Shown piece by piece: positions 36,994 through 46,655 of a stretch of DNA of 64,000 nucleotides; position 1 is the first letter of the stretch; every line of letters begins with the position of its first letter. The DNA is taken from positions 208,030 through 272,029 of the forward strand of contig LBVU01000004.1 in the NCBI GenBank assembly GCA_000993205.1. Direction: 5' to 3'. The notes beneath the pieces are model-generated. The model was given only the letters and a program-made list of their open reading frames with translations. It was not told where the DNA came from and made no database searches. A program made the translations under genes and the position numbers. The stretch comes from Candidatus Woesebacteria bacterium GW2011_GWB1_39_10 (GTDB lineage Bacteria > Patescibacteriota > Microgenomatia > UBA8517).

Positions 36994-38919
36994 TTAATCG
37001 TTTTTTTTGTTATTCGTAGAAAAGTTTATCGTATAAATTCCGGAAAGAGTTAATCTCGACATTGCAGACAAGAAATATGAATCATCGCACTTACTTACTA
37101 TTTCGCTTACTTCACCAACTGGCCAAAGAACTATTCCCTCATTTTCTTCAAGTTTTTCTCCTGTCTGCACCTCCGGATAAATTCCGCGCCCAAAATCTAC
37201 TATAACCGCATACAAATTAGGATGGTTATTAGTCATTCCGGAATCGGGCGCAACTCGACCAAGACTTATTATTTCATTTAAAGTGATGTTTGGGTTGTGA
37301 ACATTCAAACCCAGATCTTTTTTAAGCGACCTAAGAATGAAGTTTAAAACGCTCTCGTTAAGCCTGGGGAAACCACCCGCCAAATTATACTCAATTGAGC
37401 CAGTAGGAAATTTACCTTCCCTTTGGAACGCAAAATGAGTTATTTCCCCATTCCTCCTAATCAAAACCAGCAGTTTTGCCCCAGACTTCGGACCCCAACC
37501 CCAAGAATAATATCCCTCCGACCTTCTCTCGCCTTTAGAATTCTCCACCACAAACCATGTTGCAATACCGTAAATTCCAAACTCGGGAGAGGCGTGATCG
37601 ATTTTTACCAATTTAAGCAGAGTATCTTCACCTATTTTATCTTCATGACTTGAAAGGTCTTCAACGTAACCAAAAGTTGCAGGACTTATTGCCAGCGCTT
37701 TTATCTCATCTTTTATGTTGTCCAAACTGTTCTGATACCACTTTTTAGACGCGAGATTTTTCATAACCATTTCATAACGAACAATATTAGCTTCAACAAA
37801 ATGCTCTTTGAGATCGCTTTTCGGAATTTTTATTCCTTCTTTTTCTTCAAGTTTTCCGAATATAAACTTAGTTTTCCCCGTCTCTCTATCCAATGTTATA
37901 AAAGCGCTAACTATTTTATCTTCATCCGAAATAACTGCGCGTCTCTTAAGAAGCGGTCTCCACCAATCCTGATTATTTTTGTACCAATCAATAGTTTCTT
38001 TTAGACCATCGTCAAAATTTTCCCTGCCGATTTCCGGTTTCCAACCCAATTCCTGAATTATCTTTGTGGCATCTATTGCATATCTTCTGTCGTTGCTGTG
38101 CCTGTCCGGAACGTGTCTGATCTTTCCGGCATCTTCACCGTAAATAGAAACAATTTTTTCTGCAATATAATTGTTATCCCTATCGTTATCGGAACCTATT
38201 AAATACGTTTGACCTTTTTTACCTTTTTGAAGGATTAAATCGATCGCGTATGCATGATCTTTCGTATGGATCCAATCACGTACATTACGACCATCGCCAT
38301 GGATTGGAACCTGAATACCGTCAATTAAATTGGCAATAACTATTGGCATAAATTTTTCCGGGAATTGATAGGGACCATAATTATTTGAACAATTAGAAAT
38401 TGTTGTAAACATATCGGTTTTTTTGTAAAAATCCAAAACGAGCTTGTCTGCTTCGGCTTTACTTAAGGCGTAAAGATTGTCGGGACGCGGGGAGTATGGT
38501 GTTTTTTCGTTAAATTTTTCGCTGGATAATAGAGGAAGTTCGCCATAAACTTCATCTGTAGAAATATGATGAAATCTGGGGATGCCTAATTTATGCGCTT
38601 CTTCCAAAAGAGTTACCGTACCGTGAACATTAGTCTGCCAATATCTACTGGGGTCGAAGATGCTTCTGTCTACGTGGCTTTCTGCAGCAAAATGGACAAC
38701 AGTGTCGACACCTTTCATTGCCTGCGAGACTTTGGGGCGGTCGTTAATATCGGCCTCGATAAATTTAATTTTCTTAATGACTGGAGCAAGATTTTCGATA
38801 TTGCCGGCATAGGTTAATGAATCAATAACGCGTATTTCGTCTTTGGGATATTTATGATTCCAATAATGAACAAAATTTGCCCCGATAAAACCCGCAGCTC
38901 CTGTAACAAGTAACTTCAT
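36994..38919 (-). CDS. rfbB: dTDP-glucose 4,6-dehydratase fused to a roughly 300-aa C-terminal Nudix-like domain with degenerate catalytic box
   Basis: The N-terminal 330 aa (MKLLVTGAAGFIGANFVHYW..YAGN..YALSKAEAD) is typical RmlB. The C-terminus has LAGGFPRLNESVLNFILRSLKKDLGL, which resembles a Nudix box (Gx5Ex7REUxEExGU) with RE and EE replaced by RS and KD. Confidence 0.65.
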   Translation of the reverse strand: MKLLVTGAAGFIGANFVHYWNHKYPKDEIRVIDSLTYAGNIENLAPVIKKIKFIEADINDRPKVSQAMKGVDTVVHFAAESHVDRSIFDPSRYWQTNVHGTVTLLEEAHKLGIPRFHHISTDEVYGELPLLSSEKFNEKTPYSPRPDNLYALSKAEADKLVLDFYKKTDMFTTISNCSNNYGPYQFPEKFMPIVIANLIDGIQVPIHGDGRNVRDWIHTKDHAYAIDLILQKGKKGQTYLIGSDNDRDNNYIAEKIVSIYGEDAGKIRHVPDRHSNDRRYAIDATKIIQELGWKPEIGRENFDDGLKETIDWYKNNQDWWRPLLKRRAVISDEDKIVSAFITLDRETGKTKFIFGKLEEKEGIKIPKSDLKEHFVEANIVRYEMVMKNLASKKWYQNSLDNIKDEIKALAISPATFGYVEDLSSHEDKIGEDTLLKLVKIDHASPEFGIYGIATWFVVENSKGERRSEGYYSWGWGPKSGAKLLVLIRRNGEITHFAFQREGKFPTGSIEYNLAGGFPRLNESVLNFILRSLKKDLGLNVHNPNITLNEIISLGRVAPDSGMTNNHPNLYAVIVDFGRGIYPEVQTGEKLEENEGIVLWPVGEVSEIVSKCDDSYFLSAMSRLTLSGIYTINFSTNNKKND

Positions 38920-39806
38920 ATATTGAGGGATTTTAAATACTCTCTAAATTCACCATTAATATCCGGACGGGCGAGGGCAAATTCGACTACGGTTTTGAGG
39001 TATTCCATCTTGTTACCAGTATCGTAATATTTGCCGTTTTTGATCTCAACAGCCAGAACTCTCTTTTTGTCATCAAGCATAAGTTTCAATGCGTCGTTGT
39101 AATAAAGTTCAGCACCAACCTTTAAATTTGCTAAAGCTGTATCCAAATAGTCGAAAATGTCGGAAGTAAACAGATAACCCGAAATATTCATCATGTCTGA
39201 AGGAGCTTTGTCTTTACCCGGTTTCTCGATAATTTCTTTTACATCCATTATCCCATCTTCAAGCATTACCCCACCAGAGCACCCATACCTATTGTAATCT
39301 TCATCCTTAGTAGCCCTTAGACTTGCCATACAACTGGCACCATATTTTTCATATGCCACAATAAGTTGTTTAAACCTGTTAGGTTCAGCTTTAATGAAAT
39401 CGTCACTCCAGGTATAAATAAATGGTTCATCTCCAATTAAATGTTTCACATTAAAAAGCGGGGTACCATTGCCATATGGGCCTTTTTGCCTAACATAAAC
39501 AAAATTGGCCATATTTGAAATTTTTTCTACTTCTTCCAACAAATAGCGTTTCTTTTCTCCTCCCATTTTGAGATTTTCAATTAAATCAAGATTGGGGGAA
39601 TCAAAATGGTCTTCAATCCCTCTTTTGTGATAACCGGTAACTATAAAAATGTCCTGAATTCCGGCCTCGACCAACTCCTCTACAACATACTGAATGACCG
39701 GTTTGTCTACAATCGGAAGCATCTCCTTGGGCATTGCTTTTGTTTGGGGAAGAAAACGGGTTCCAAAGCCGGCTGCGGGGATAACTGCTTTACGAACTTT
39801 ATTCAT
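38916..39806 (-). CDS. galU: UTP--glucose-1-phosphate uridylyltransferase (GalU-like sugar-1-phosphate nucleotidyltransferase)
   Basis: KAVIPAAGFGTRFLPQTKAMPKEMLPIVDKPVIQYVVEE matches the GalU N-terminal signature better than RmlA. Confidence 0.65.
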   Translation of the reverse strand: MNKVRKAVIPAAGFGTRFLPQTKAMPKEMLPIVDKPVIQYVVEELVEAGIQDIFIVTGYHKRGIEDHFDSPNLDLIENLKMGGEKKRYLLEEVEKISNMANFVYVRQKGPYGNGTPLFNVKHLIGDEPFIYTWSDDFIKAEPNRFKQLIVAYEKYGASCMASLRATKDEDYNRYGCSGGVMLEDGIMDVKEIIEKPGKDKAPSDMMNISGYLFTSDIFDYLDTALANLKVGAELYYNDALKLMLDDKKRVLAVEIKNGKYYDTGNKMEYLKTVVEFALARPDINGEFREYLKSLNI

Positions 39807-39832
39807 TGGTAGCTGAAAGTATACAGGTTGCG

Positions 39833-40090
39833 TTATTGCAAAATCAAGGAAAAGATAATTACAGTTCCTAAAATAGCCACAGCCAGATATTCCATAAAAA
39901 CCTCGAAGTGTAAATCTCTATGAATGTGGTGATGAATCAATCCCCATGAAACGTATGAAATTCCAGTTGCCAGTGCCACGGCAATTTGGAAGTTTCTGTC
40001 ATAGGAAAAAAGGGTGAGACCTGCAAAACCGGCCAAAAGAATGCCAATCAGAAGCATGTAGTGTGGTAAATCCCGAACAAAAGATTTCAT
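39833..40090 (-). CDS. small 2-3 TM membrane protein with a His-rich loop (HHHIHRDLH)
   Basis: 85 aa open frame with predicted TM helices. Confidence 0.3.
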   Translation of the reverse strand: MKSFVRDLPHYMLLIGILLAGFAGLTLFSYDRNFQIAVALATGISYVSWGLIHHHIHRDLHFEVFMEYLAVAILGTVIIFSLILQ

Positions 40091-40098
40091 AATAGTAA

Positions 40099-41049
40099 TT
40101 ATATAATTTGTCCTGCCTTAAGTATCAGTATAACTGCCAAAATCATTCCAAGGAAAGCTATATGGGCAAGGGTTCTGCCGCCAATCCTGGCAATCCTTTT
40201 TCTCCTTATAACAATTATGTCAATTGAAAGAGCCATAAGAAGTAATCCCAGAACTGCCGATGAAAGATTTTTAGTTGAACTAAAAGGTGAAATGAAAACA
40301 GACGAGATTGATTGCGGGGACGCTTGGGGAAGTGGTGTGGGAGTCCTGATGATAACCGGTGCAATGGTTGGCTCTGGCGATAAAGACGGGGTTGCCAATT
40401 TTTTGGGAGCGATCGATGGCTTGAGTGCCACTGATTTACCCTGTTCCTGAGCCTGAGCAATCGGAATTGAGGGGGAGTTCCCCAGTGGAGCGCCGAAAAA
40501 TTGGACAATAACCGTTGTATCAACCCCGGCCAAATTACCCTCAACAACTCCAATACCGATTTCCTTGTATTTAGAATTTAATATATTTTCTCTATGTGTT
40601 GGAGAGTTCATCCAAGCGTTAACAGCATCATTGGCGTTACTGAAATCTCTGGCCAAATTTTCCCCGGCATATTGATATTTATAGCCAAAACTCAGGAAAA
40701 AACTCCAAGGCGAGGTTCCGTCCGGAGCAAAGTGGGCCCAATACCCTTTTGCCAACATATCGTTACCCTTGGCCAAGGCTGCAGAATCCAAATTCGCATT
40801 TTCGGTAACTGTCGATAAACCATTTGCCGCCCTTTGAGCATTGGTTAAACGGATTACCTCACCAGGCGAAATGTTGGCTGCATAACCTAAAACCCGTGGA
40901 AGACCTCTGGGGAAAACATTTAGAAGCAACTGAAAACCAACCAGAAAAACAGCGATTATAGTTAAACTTGATGGATGCAAAATCTTACCCTTTTGATTGT
41001 TGGACTCATGAGGAATAAAAAGGTGATGTAAAAATCTAAGAAGTTGCAT
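40099..41049 (-). CDS. CAP/SCP/PR-1-like domain protein (YkwD-type) with N-terminal TM, Pro/Ser-rich linker and C-terminal TM anchor
   Basis: GYWAHFAPDGTSPWSFF, GENLARDF and AWMNSPTHRENIL..YKEIGIGV are CAP-domain motifs. Confidence 0.6.
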   Translation of the reverse strand: MQLLRFLHHLFIPHESNNQKGKILHPSSLTIIAVFLVGFQLLLNVFPRGLPRVLGYAANISPGEVIRLTNAQRAANGLSTVTENANLDSAALAKGNDMLAKGYWAHFAPDGTSPWSFFLSFGYKYQYAGENLARDFSNANDAVNAWMNSPTHRENILNSKYKEIGIGVVEGNLAGVDTTVIVQFFGAPLGNSPSIPIAQAQEQGKSVALKPSIAPKKLATPSLSPEPTIAPVIIRTPTPLPQASPQSISSVFISPFSSTKNLSSAVLGLLLMALSIDIIVIRRKRIARIGGRTLAHIAFLGMILAVILILKAGQII

Positions 41050-41080
41050 TAATCAATATTAGCCCTTAGGAGCCACTGAA

Positions 41081-42085
41081 TCAACGATCACTATTATATC
41101 CTCGGGGGTGATTTTTGTGCCATAAATATGCAGACTCGACTATTTTTTGAAGATCGTATCTTGGTTCCCAATTTAATTCTTTTTTAATTTTTCCGTTATC
41201 CGCATAAAGGGCGGCTGCATCGCCTTCCCGTCTCGGAGCTATCCTAATCTGGATCTTTGAACCCGTTACTTCTTCAACTTTACTAACAACTTCCCGATTC
41301 GAATAACCCTTACCAATTCCCATGTTATAAAAACCGCTTGGTTTACCATCAATAATAGCTTGAATCGCAAGTGAATGCGCTTCCGTCAAATCCAATACAT
41401 GGATATAATCCCGAATACACGTTCCATCCGGAGTCTCATAATTATCTCCAAAGAGAGTAAATTCTGTATTTTCTAAAACTGATTTAATTAGGTTTGGAAT
41501 TAAATGGCTTTCTTCTGGGTGATCCTCTCCTATCGATCCATCCAAGGCGGCACCGGCCGCGTTAAAATATCTGAGACTTATAAATTTAATTCCATAAGCG
41601 GAATCGTAGTCTTCGAGCATTCTTTCCATCATATATTTGGAATCACCATAGGCGTTTAAAGGATTCTTAATGTCTTCTTCCATAATAGGAACGCGGATTG
41701 GATTTCCGTAAATACCGGCGGTCGAGGATAGTATAATGTTGGTTACTTTATTGTTCTTCATAGAATCCAAAAGATTGATAAAACCACTAACATTGTTGCG
41801 ATAGTATTTGGCTGGATCTTTGAAGGATTCACCCATCTGAATGAAGCTTGCCATGTGAATTACCCCATCAAACTTTTCCTGCGAGAAAAGCGCGTCAAGT
41901 TTTTCTTTTTGAGTGACTAAATCGATTTTTTCCAGTCTAAAATCTTTAACCGATTCTTTATGTCCTTGAGAAAGGTTATCGAGAACGACAGGGTCGCACC
42001 CTGTCAGTCGAAGTTGGCGAACCATGAACGATCCTATGTAACCTGCGCCACCTGTAACAAGTATTTTTTTCATTTTCTTAGACAA
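41081..42085 (-). CDS. galE: UDP-glucose 4-epimerase
   Basis: KILVTGGAGYIGSFMVRQL, YGDSKYMMERM (YxxxK) and a length of about 330 aa. Confidence 0.75.
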   Translation of the reverse strand: MSKKMKKILVTGGAGYIGSFMVRQLRLTGCDPVVLDNLSQGHKESVKDFRLEKIDLVTQKEKLDALFSQEKFDGVIHMASFIQMGESFKDPAKYYRNNVSGFINLLDSMKNNKVTNIILSSTAGIYGNPIRVPIMEEDIKNPLNAYGDSKYMMERMLEDYDSAYGIKFISLRYFNAAGAALDGSIGEDHPEESHLIPNLIKSVLENTEFTLFGDNYETPDGTCIRDYIHVLDLTEAHSLAIQAIIDGKPSGFYNMGIGKGYSNREVVSKVEEVTGSKIQIRIAPRREGDAAALYADNGKIKKELNWEPRYDLQKIVESAYLWHKNHPRGYNSDR

Positions 42086-42500
42086 AACCTAAGTCTTTCA
42101 AGATAGATTGTACTTTTTTTGGCAGCTTTTGTAAAAATCTATAGATAAGGAAAATAACAATGCCTGCCCCGAGTGTATCAAATACGACATCGCGGATGCG
42201 CGCCTCGCGCCCCTGAGTAAACAACTGATGAAATTCATCGGAAGCTCCATAAAAAAATGCCAATATTACGGCCCAAATTGCAGCTTTTTTTTTGGGAATA
42301 TTTTCACCAAGTAGGCCCCTGTAAATTAATATTGCCAAAGCTCCAAAAAGAAACATATGACCGGTCTTTTTTACAGCAAAATCCCGCCAAAAAACTGAAG
42401 AGGCCGTAGGAACTGTACCTGATGAAAAATGAAATATTAGGTAAGCCCATATGGCGACCGGGAGCCAGAGGTCCAATTGTTTAAAAACTTTTTTACCCAC
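42078..42500 (-). CDS. VanZ-like family membrane protein
   Basis: 4 TM helices, with SDEFHQLFTQGREARIRDVVFDTLGAGIV resembling the VanZ consensus. Confidence 0.45.
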   Translation of the reverse strand: MGKKVFKQLDLWLPVAIWAYLIFHFSSGTVPTASSVFWRDFAVKKTGHMFLFGALAILIYRGLLGENIPKKKAAIWAVILAFFYGASDEFHQLFTQGREARIRDVVFDTLGAGIVIFLIYRFLQKLPKKVQSILKDLGFV

Positions 42501-42512
42501 CGGATTAGTATA

Positions 42513-43307
42513 TCAAGATTCCAGACTTGTAGGTTGTTTGATTTTTCTTACCACTGTATATCCGGAGAATCCGATAAGCAAAAGCCCTGTTCCAATTAAG
42601 ATAACCGCAATAAATGGAAATTTTTTCTGATCAGCTACCTCTTTTTGAACTGGGGTAGGAGAAGCAGTGGAAAGTTCCGGTTCCGCCACAGTTGTTTGTT
42701 CACCCAAAACCTCCGGGGTTGGTGTTGGAGTTGGTCTTGGAGTAGGAGTTTTTGTAGGGGTGGGGACGGGAGTAGGAGTTTTTGTTGGCGAAGGAGTGGG
42801 AGTCGGTGTTGTAGTTGGAGAGGAGGTCGGCAGTGGGGTGGGTGTTGGAGTCGGCCCTGTAATTTTTATTGAAAGTTCATTCGACCAATCGGCGCCGGCG
42901 TCCCCGGCCGAAGTATATCTCCCAATTTTGAATAAATATTCACCGGGGCCAAGATAACTGGGATCCAGAGTATCAAGTTTAACATGAAGTTTACCGCTCC
43001 AACTTGCGTCAACCAGATCTTCCTTTGCAATTTTAAAATATCTAGACCTATCGTTATCAGATCCTATCCATTCTCCAATATTATTTTGAGTAAGACCGAA
43101 ATAACTAGTTCCGTTCGGATAAAATACCCCTCGCATATATGAGTCACCGCACCCGCTACAAGTCAAAAAAACATTTGTCTCAGCTTCATTCGATTGATCC
43201 ATTGTTGTCGGTAAATCTGAAATTGTAATTGACCAAGCCTCAACTATTGAAGGAAAAATAAACAACCAAATTGCAGAAATAACTATAATTGAAATTAACT
43301 TTTTCAT
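42513..43307 (-). CDS. secreted protein with N-terminal globular domain, a (PT)n/TPTP proline-threonine linker and a C-terminal TM anchor
   Basis: Signal peptide [15 protein letters not shown], the run [47 protein letters not shown], and a C-terminal [21 protein letters not shown]. Confidence 0.5.
   Translation of the reverse strand: MKKLISIIVISAIWLFIFPSIVEAWSITISDLPTTMDQSNEAETNVFLTCSGCGDSYMRGVFYPNGTSYFGLTQNNIGEWIGSDNDRSRYFKIAKEDLVDASWSGKLHVKLDTLDPSYLGPGEYLFKIGRYTSAGDAGADWSNELSIKITGPTPTPTPLPTSSPTTTPTPTPSPTKTPTPVPTPTKTPTPRPTPTPTPEVLGEQTTVAEPELSTASPTPVQKEVADQKKFPFIAVILIGTGLLLIGFSGYTVVRKIKQPTSLES
42690..42870. repeat. degenerate tandem DNA repeat (GGAGTNGG / GTNGGNGTTGG units) encoding the Pro-Thr linker
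   Basis: Read directly within gene 42513..43307. Confidence 0.7.
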
Positions 43308-43314
43308 CTTGCAT

Positions 43315-43342
43315 TTGTTTCAATGATTCGAATCATTGAAAC
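43315..43342. promoter_or_regulatory. perfect 28-bp palindrome TGTTTCAATGATTCGAATCATTGAAACA (12-bp stem, TCGA loop)
   Basis: Located between the M23 peptidase stop (43366) and the start of gene 42513..43307 (43307). Confidence 0.4.
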
Positions 43343-43365
43343 AATAATATTAAATATTAATAATA

Positions 43366-44499
43366 CTATTGTACGTGCAAATATAGACTTACAACTCCGT
43401 TTCCGTGTTCAATATAGACTATATTTATAGTGCTACCTCCACAACTTTCCGCCGATTTAAATAGATCTCCGTCTGCGGGTGCGCGGATTACATCGGACGA
43501 GGTAGATACCATATCAAAACCAGTATGAATTCCACCTGAATATGAATATTTCCATGACCATGGTGTATGGCCAAAATGCTGAGTAAGTCGAACAGTATCC
43601 TGTATTGGCCATTGCCAATTTCCGGAACCAATATTTACATTTCCACCTTTTTCTTCATCGTTAACTACTTTATTCTGCAAGTAAGTTGAGGGGTCAACCC
43701 AAACATTGTCCTTTCTAATCTCAAAGTGAAGATGTTTTCCCGTTGAACATCCGGGGTAACCGGAATTGCCAATGAGGGCAATTGCGTCACCAGCCTTAAC
43801 CGGACCAACTTTAATACCCGAAATAAGTGCTTTTTCAACTGCCGCTTTTTCGGCTAGCGCTTGAGAAAGAAGCGATTGATATTTGCTTTCATCGTTTTTA
43901 GTAGCAGTTAAAAGGTTTGCCTTGGCAATCTTTTGAGCGCCCAAATTTGCTTTCTGCTTTGTAAGCTGAGTCTGTAATTCTTCCTGATCCTGTTTTTGAT
44001 TTTGATATGTAGTTTGGGCAGTTTGAAGCCTTTCCAGAAGACTCCTGTCTTCTTCCTGGATACGTTTTAGATAGTGAAATCTTGAAACGGCATCATTAAT
44101 ATCTGGAGCTGTTATAACAAAAGTAAAATTGGTTTCGAACCGGGACATTCGATAAGTTTCTACCGCCCTGGAAGAAAACGCTTTGGTTAAACTCTCAAGT
44201 GAAATTTCCAATTGATCGATTCTGCCACCCAAAAGAAGAATTTTATCCTCGGTATCCGCAATTTTGAGTGTGTTTAATCTTATTTGGGCGTCGAACTGAG
44301 CAATTTGATTTTTGAGCGTGCTTGCCTGAGTTTTCTTTTGAAGTACGGCAGACTCCAAACACTTTATTTTTTCGTCAATCCTGTCTGGGGTCGAAGGAAT
44401 ATTGTCACAGTCATCAGCCAAAACAGAAGATAACCTGCCTATTAAAACTAATGCTAGGAGGATTGTTGCGAAAACCAAAAAATTTTTTGCATTTCTCAT
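43366..44499 (-). CDS. M23-family (LytM) peptidase with N-terminal coiled-coil, EnvC-like partner of FtsEX
   Basis: C-terminal HTGFDM..GNSGYPGCSTGKHLHFEIR (HxH motif). The N-terminal 250 aa is heptad-rich. It sits immediately downstream of ftsX. Confidence 0.7.
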   Translation of the reverse strand: MRNAKNFLVFATILLALVLIGRLSSVLADDCDNIPSTPDRIDEKIKCLESAVLQKKTQASTLKNQIAQFDAQIRLNTLKIADTEDKILLLGGRIDQLEISLESLTKAFSSRAVETYRMSRFETNFTFVITAPDINDAVSRFHYLKRIQEEDRSLLERLQTAQTTYQNQKQDQEELQTQLTKQKANLGAQKIAKANLLTATKNDESKYQSLLSQALAEKAAVEKALISGIKVGPVKAGDAIALIGNSGYPGCSTGKHLHFEIRKDNVWVDPSTYLQNKVVNDEEKGGNVNIGSGNWQWPIQDTVRLTQHFGHTPWSWKYSYSGGIHTGFDMVSTSSDVIRAPADGDLFKSAESCGGSTINIVYIEHGNGVVSLYLHVQ

Positions 44500-45413
44500 T
44501 ATCTTGACTTCTTTACTCTAGAAATCGCAAATAAACTTCCTGTCATGGCCAGAACCAATCCTGCAACAAGTTCAACGGCTAAAAATATTCCAAAAAGTTC
44601 AAAAAGTCCTAATGTATCGCGAGGAAGAACCGGAATTTCACCAAAATAGGTTACTGCGGACGGAGCAGAATAAAGAATCGCTATGAAGGAAATGAGCCAA
44701 CCCAAAAAAGCGCCGAACAATGAGTAGAAAAGAGCTTCAACTATAATGGGACTTCTGATAAATGCCGGGGTGGCACCGATCAGATTCAAAATCTCCACTT
44801 CTTCGCGGCGTACGGCCATTCTCATACTGATGATTATTAGAAGGACAACAAAAGAAGCGGCTCCAAGAATTCCCACAAAGGCTATTCCACCGATCCTGAC
44901 ATACATCGTTATAGTTCTTAATCTTGTAACGACATCTTTAAGACTGGATTCGCCTCCAATGGCAGCGGTAAAGCCCACTGAGTCGACTATTTTTTCTCCC
45001 TTCACCTGATCGATAACAGCTTGGGCAAAGGACAAATCTTTGACCGAAAATTCGAGAGATGCGGGGAATATCGAAGGGCTGACAAGTTCCCCAAGAAGGG
45101 GATTATCGCTTGTTGCATTTTTGTAAATAGAAAGAGCTTCTTCTTTACTGACATATTTAACTTCTTTTACACGAGTATCTTTTTCTAATTTATGTTGTAA
45201 ATCAGCAATATCCGTTTGACCTGTGTCGTCTTTTAGAAAAGCGATCACCTGAGGACGTGTCTCAAAATAAGTAATCAGTTTTGAGGAGCTATAAACCAAG
45301 GTGGCAACGAGTGTTGCGACAAAAAAAGTTAAAGTTAGAACAAACGTGGCGGCAAATGCCTGAAAGGGAGAGCGCTTTATATAACCGACTGCTGTACGAA
45401 AATGTATATTCAT
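44499..45413 (-). CDS. ftsX: cell-division permease FtsX-like
   Basis: 304 aa with a large extracellular loop after TM1 and 3 C-terminal TM helices, adjacent to ftsE. Confidence 0.65.
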   Translation of the reverse strand: MNIHFRTAVGYIKRSPFQAFAATFVLTLTFFVATLVATLVYSSSKLITYFETRPQVIAFLKDDTGQTDIADLQHKLEKDTRVKEVKYVSKEEALSIYKNATSDNPLLGELVSPSIFPASLEFSVKDLSFAQAVIDQVKGEKIVDSVGFTAAIGGESSLKDVVTRLRTITMYVRIGGIAFVGILGAASFVVLLIIISMRMAVRREEVEILNLIGATPAFIRSPIIVEALFYSLFGAFLGWLISFIAILYSAPSAVTYFGEIPVLPRDTLGLFELFGIFLAVELVAGLVLAMTGSLFAISRVKKSR

Positions 45414-45499
45414 AGCTAATTAAAAATTAATAACTCAAAATTAATAACCATAACTTAAATCTAAAAACCATGAGAGTAAAAATTCTTAGTTATTAGATA

Positions 45500-46156
45500 T
45501 TAGTCCTTAGTTACTATTTTACCATTCACAATATTTATTATTCTCTTTTTAAATTTTTTAATTATATCCATATTGTGTGTTGCCATTATTACAGTTTTAC
45601 CTTCTTCGTTAATTTTTTCAAACAGTTTAACTACTCCTTCCGAAGTGTCCCAATCTAGATTCCCTGTGGGTTCGTCTGCTAAAAGTAGTTTTGGGTTTAC
45701 AACCAAGGCACGGGCAAGTGAAACCCTTTGAAGTTCGCCTCCGGAAAGCTGGGAGGGGAAGAGATTTATTTGTTTGGTAAGACCGACGAGTTTAAGAACA
45801 TGGTTAATTCTCTCTTTCCATTCATTCTCGGGAAGCCCGATAACCGCCAAGGCCACCTCTACATTTTCGCCCACTGTTCGTTCCGGTAAAACTTTAAAGT
45901 CCTGAAATACGGTACCTATTTTTTGCCTAAAATACGGAACATCTTTTGTCTTTAAATTTTTGATGTCTAAACCGTCAACGATAATGGTACCGCCATCGGG
46001 CGCAAGCTCCCCTAAAATTAATTTCAAAATAGTGCTTTTCCCGGCCCCTGAAGGGCCTGTTATAAAAACAAATTCACCTTTTTTGATCTCAAATGAGACG
46101 TCGGTTAAGGCGCTAACTGATCCAAACTTTTTTGTGACATTTTTGAAGTTGATCAC
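45500..46156 (-). CDS. ftsE: cell-division ABC ATPase FtsE
   Basis: Walker A GPSGAGKST, signature LSGGELQRVSLARAL and Walker B LLLADEPTGNLD. Confidence 0.85.
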   Translation of the reverse strand: MINFKNVTKKFGSVSALTDVSFEIKKGEFVFITGPSGAGKSTILKLILGELAPDGGTIIVDGLDIKNLKTKDVPYFRQKIGTVFQDFKVLPERTVGENVEVALAVIGLPENEWKERINHVLKLVGLTKQINLFPSQLSGGELQRVSLARALVVNPKLLLADEPTGNLDWDTSEGVVKLFEKINEEGKTVIMATHNMDIIKKFKKRIINIVNGKIVTKD

Positions 46157-46158
46157 GT

Positions 46159-46587
46159 TTATTGAACCTGAATTTTAGAAATATCCATTAACCATCCGGC
46201 CTTTTTGGACGCCAATGTCTCCCCCCAAATGCGGACTTTCTTCCCAACAAAGCTTTCCAAATCGATTACGCTGGAAGTTAAATAAACAGTCTGACTCACT
46301 CCACCATCACGGTCAAGATGGTGAGTTCCTTCGTTTCCAATCCCGCCAGATACCAATGTTCCGACTGCATCAGTGTATTGAATTTTAGGATCCAATCTCC
46401 CTGCTTCCGTATCGGTCACCTTTGACCCCGGAGCGGCAACTGAAGAAGAATTATTATTCATAACTTTAAAGAAAAGAAGCCAGGCGGCCGCGACTCCAAC
46501 AACAACTGTGGCAAGAGCCCCGGCAATGAGTGGCCACGATTTTGATATTTTGGGAGTTTCCACAGCTACTTGATTTTGATTTTCCAT
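46159..46587 (-). CDS. membrane-anchored hypothetical protein
   Basis: N-terminal TM (LIAGALATVVVGVAAAWLLFF) plus a soluble domain. Confidence 0.35.
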   Translation of the reverse strand: MENQNQVAVETPKISKSWPLIAGALATVVVGVAAAWLLFFKVMNNNSSSVAAPGSKVTDTEAGRLDPKIQYTDAVGTLVSGGIGNEGTHHLDRDGGVSQTVYLTSSVIDLESFVGKKVRIWGETLASKKAGWLMDISKIQVQ

Positions 46588-46655
46588 AACTTAATATACC
46601 ACTTAAAAAGCTAATAGCGCAAATCGAAAAAGTAAAAGCTTTTCGTTTTTCCTTT

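Noticed and set aside
355-40553. Numerous 60-115-aa plus-strand ORFs inside minus-strand genes (for example 355..591, 1923..2186, 7668..8015, 18264..18545 and 40215..40553)
   Set aside because: They are antisense or nested relative to long conserved genes, low-complexity, and have no start context. They are spurious.
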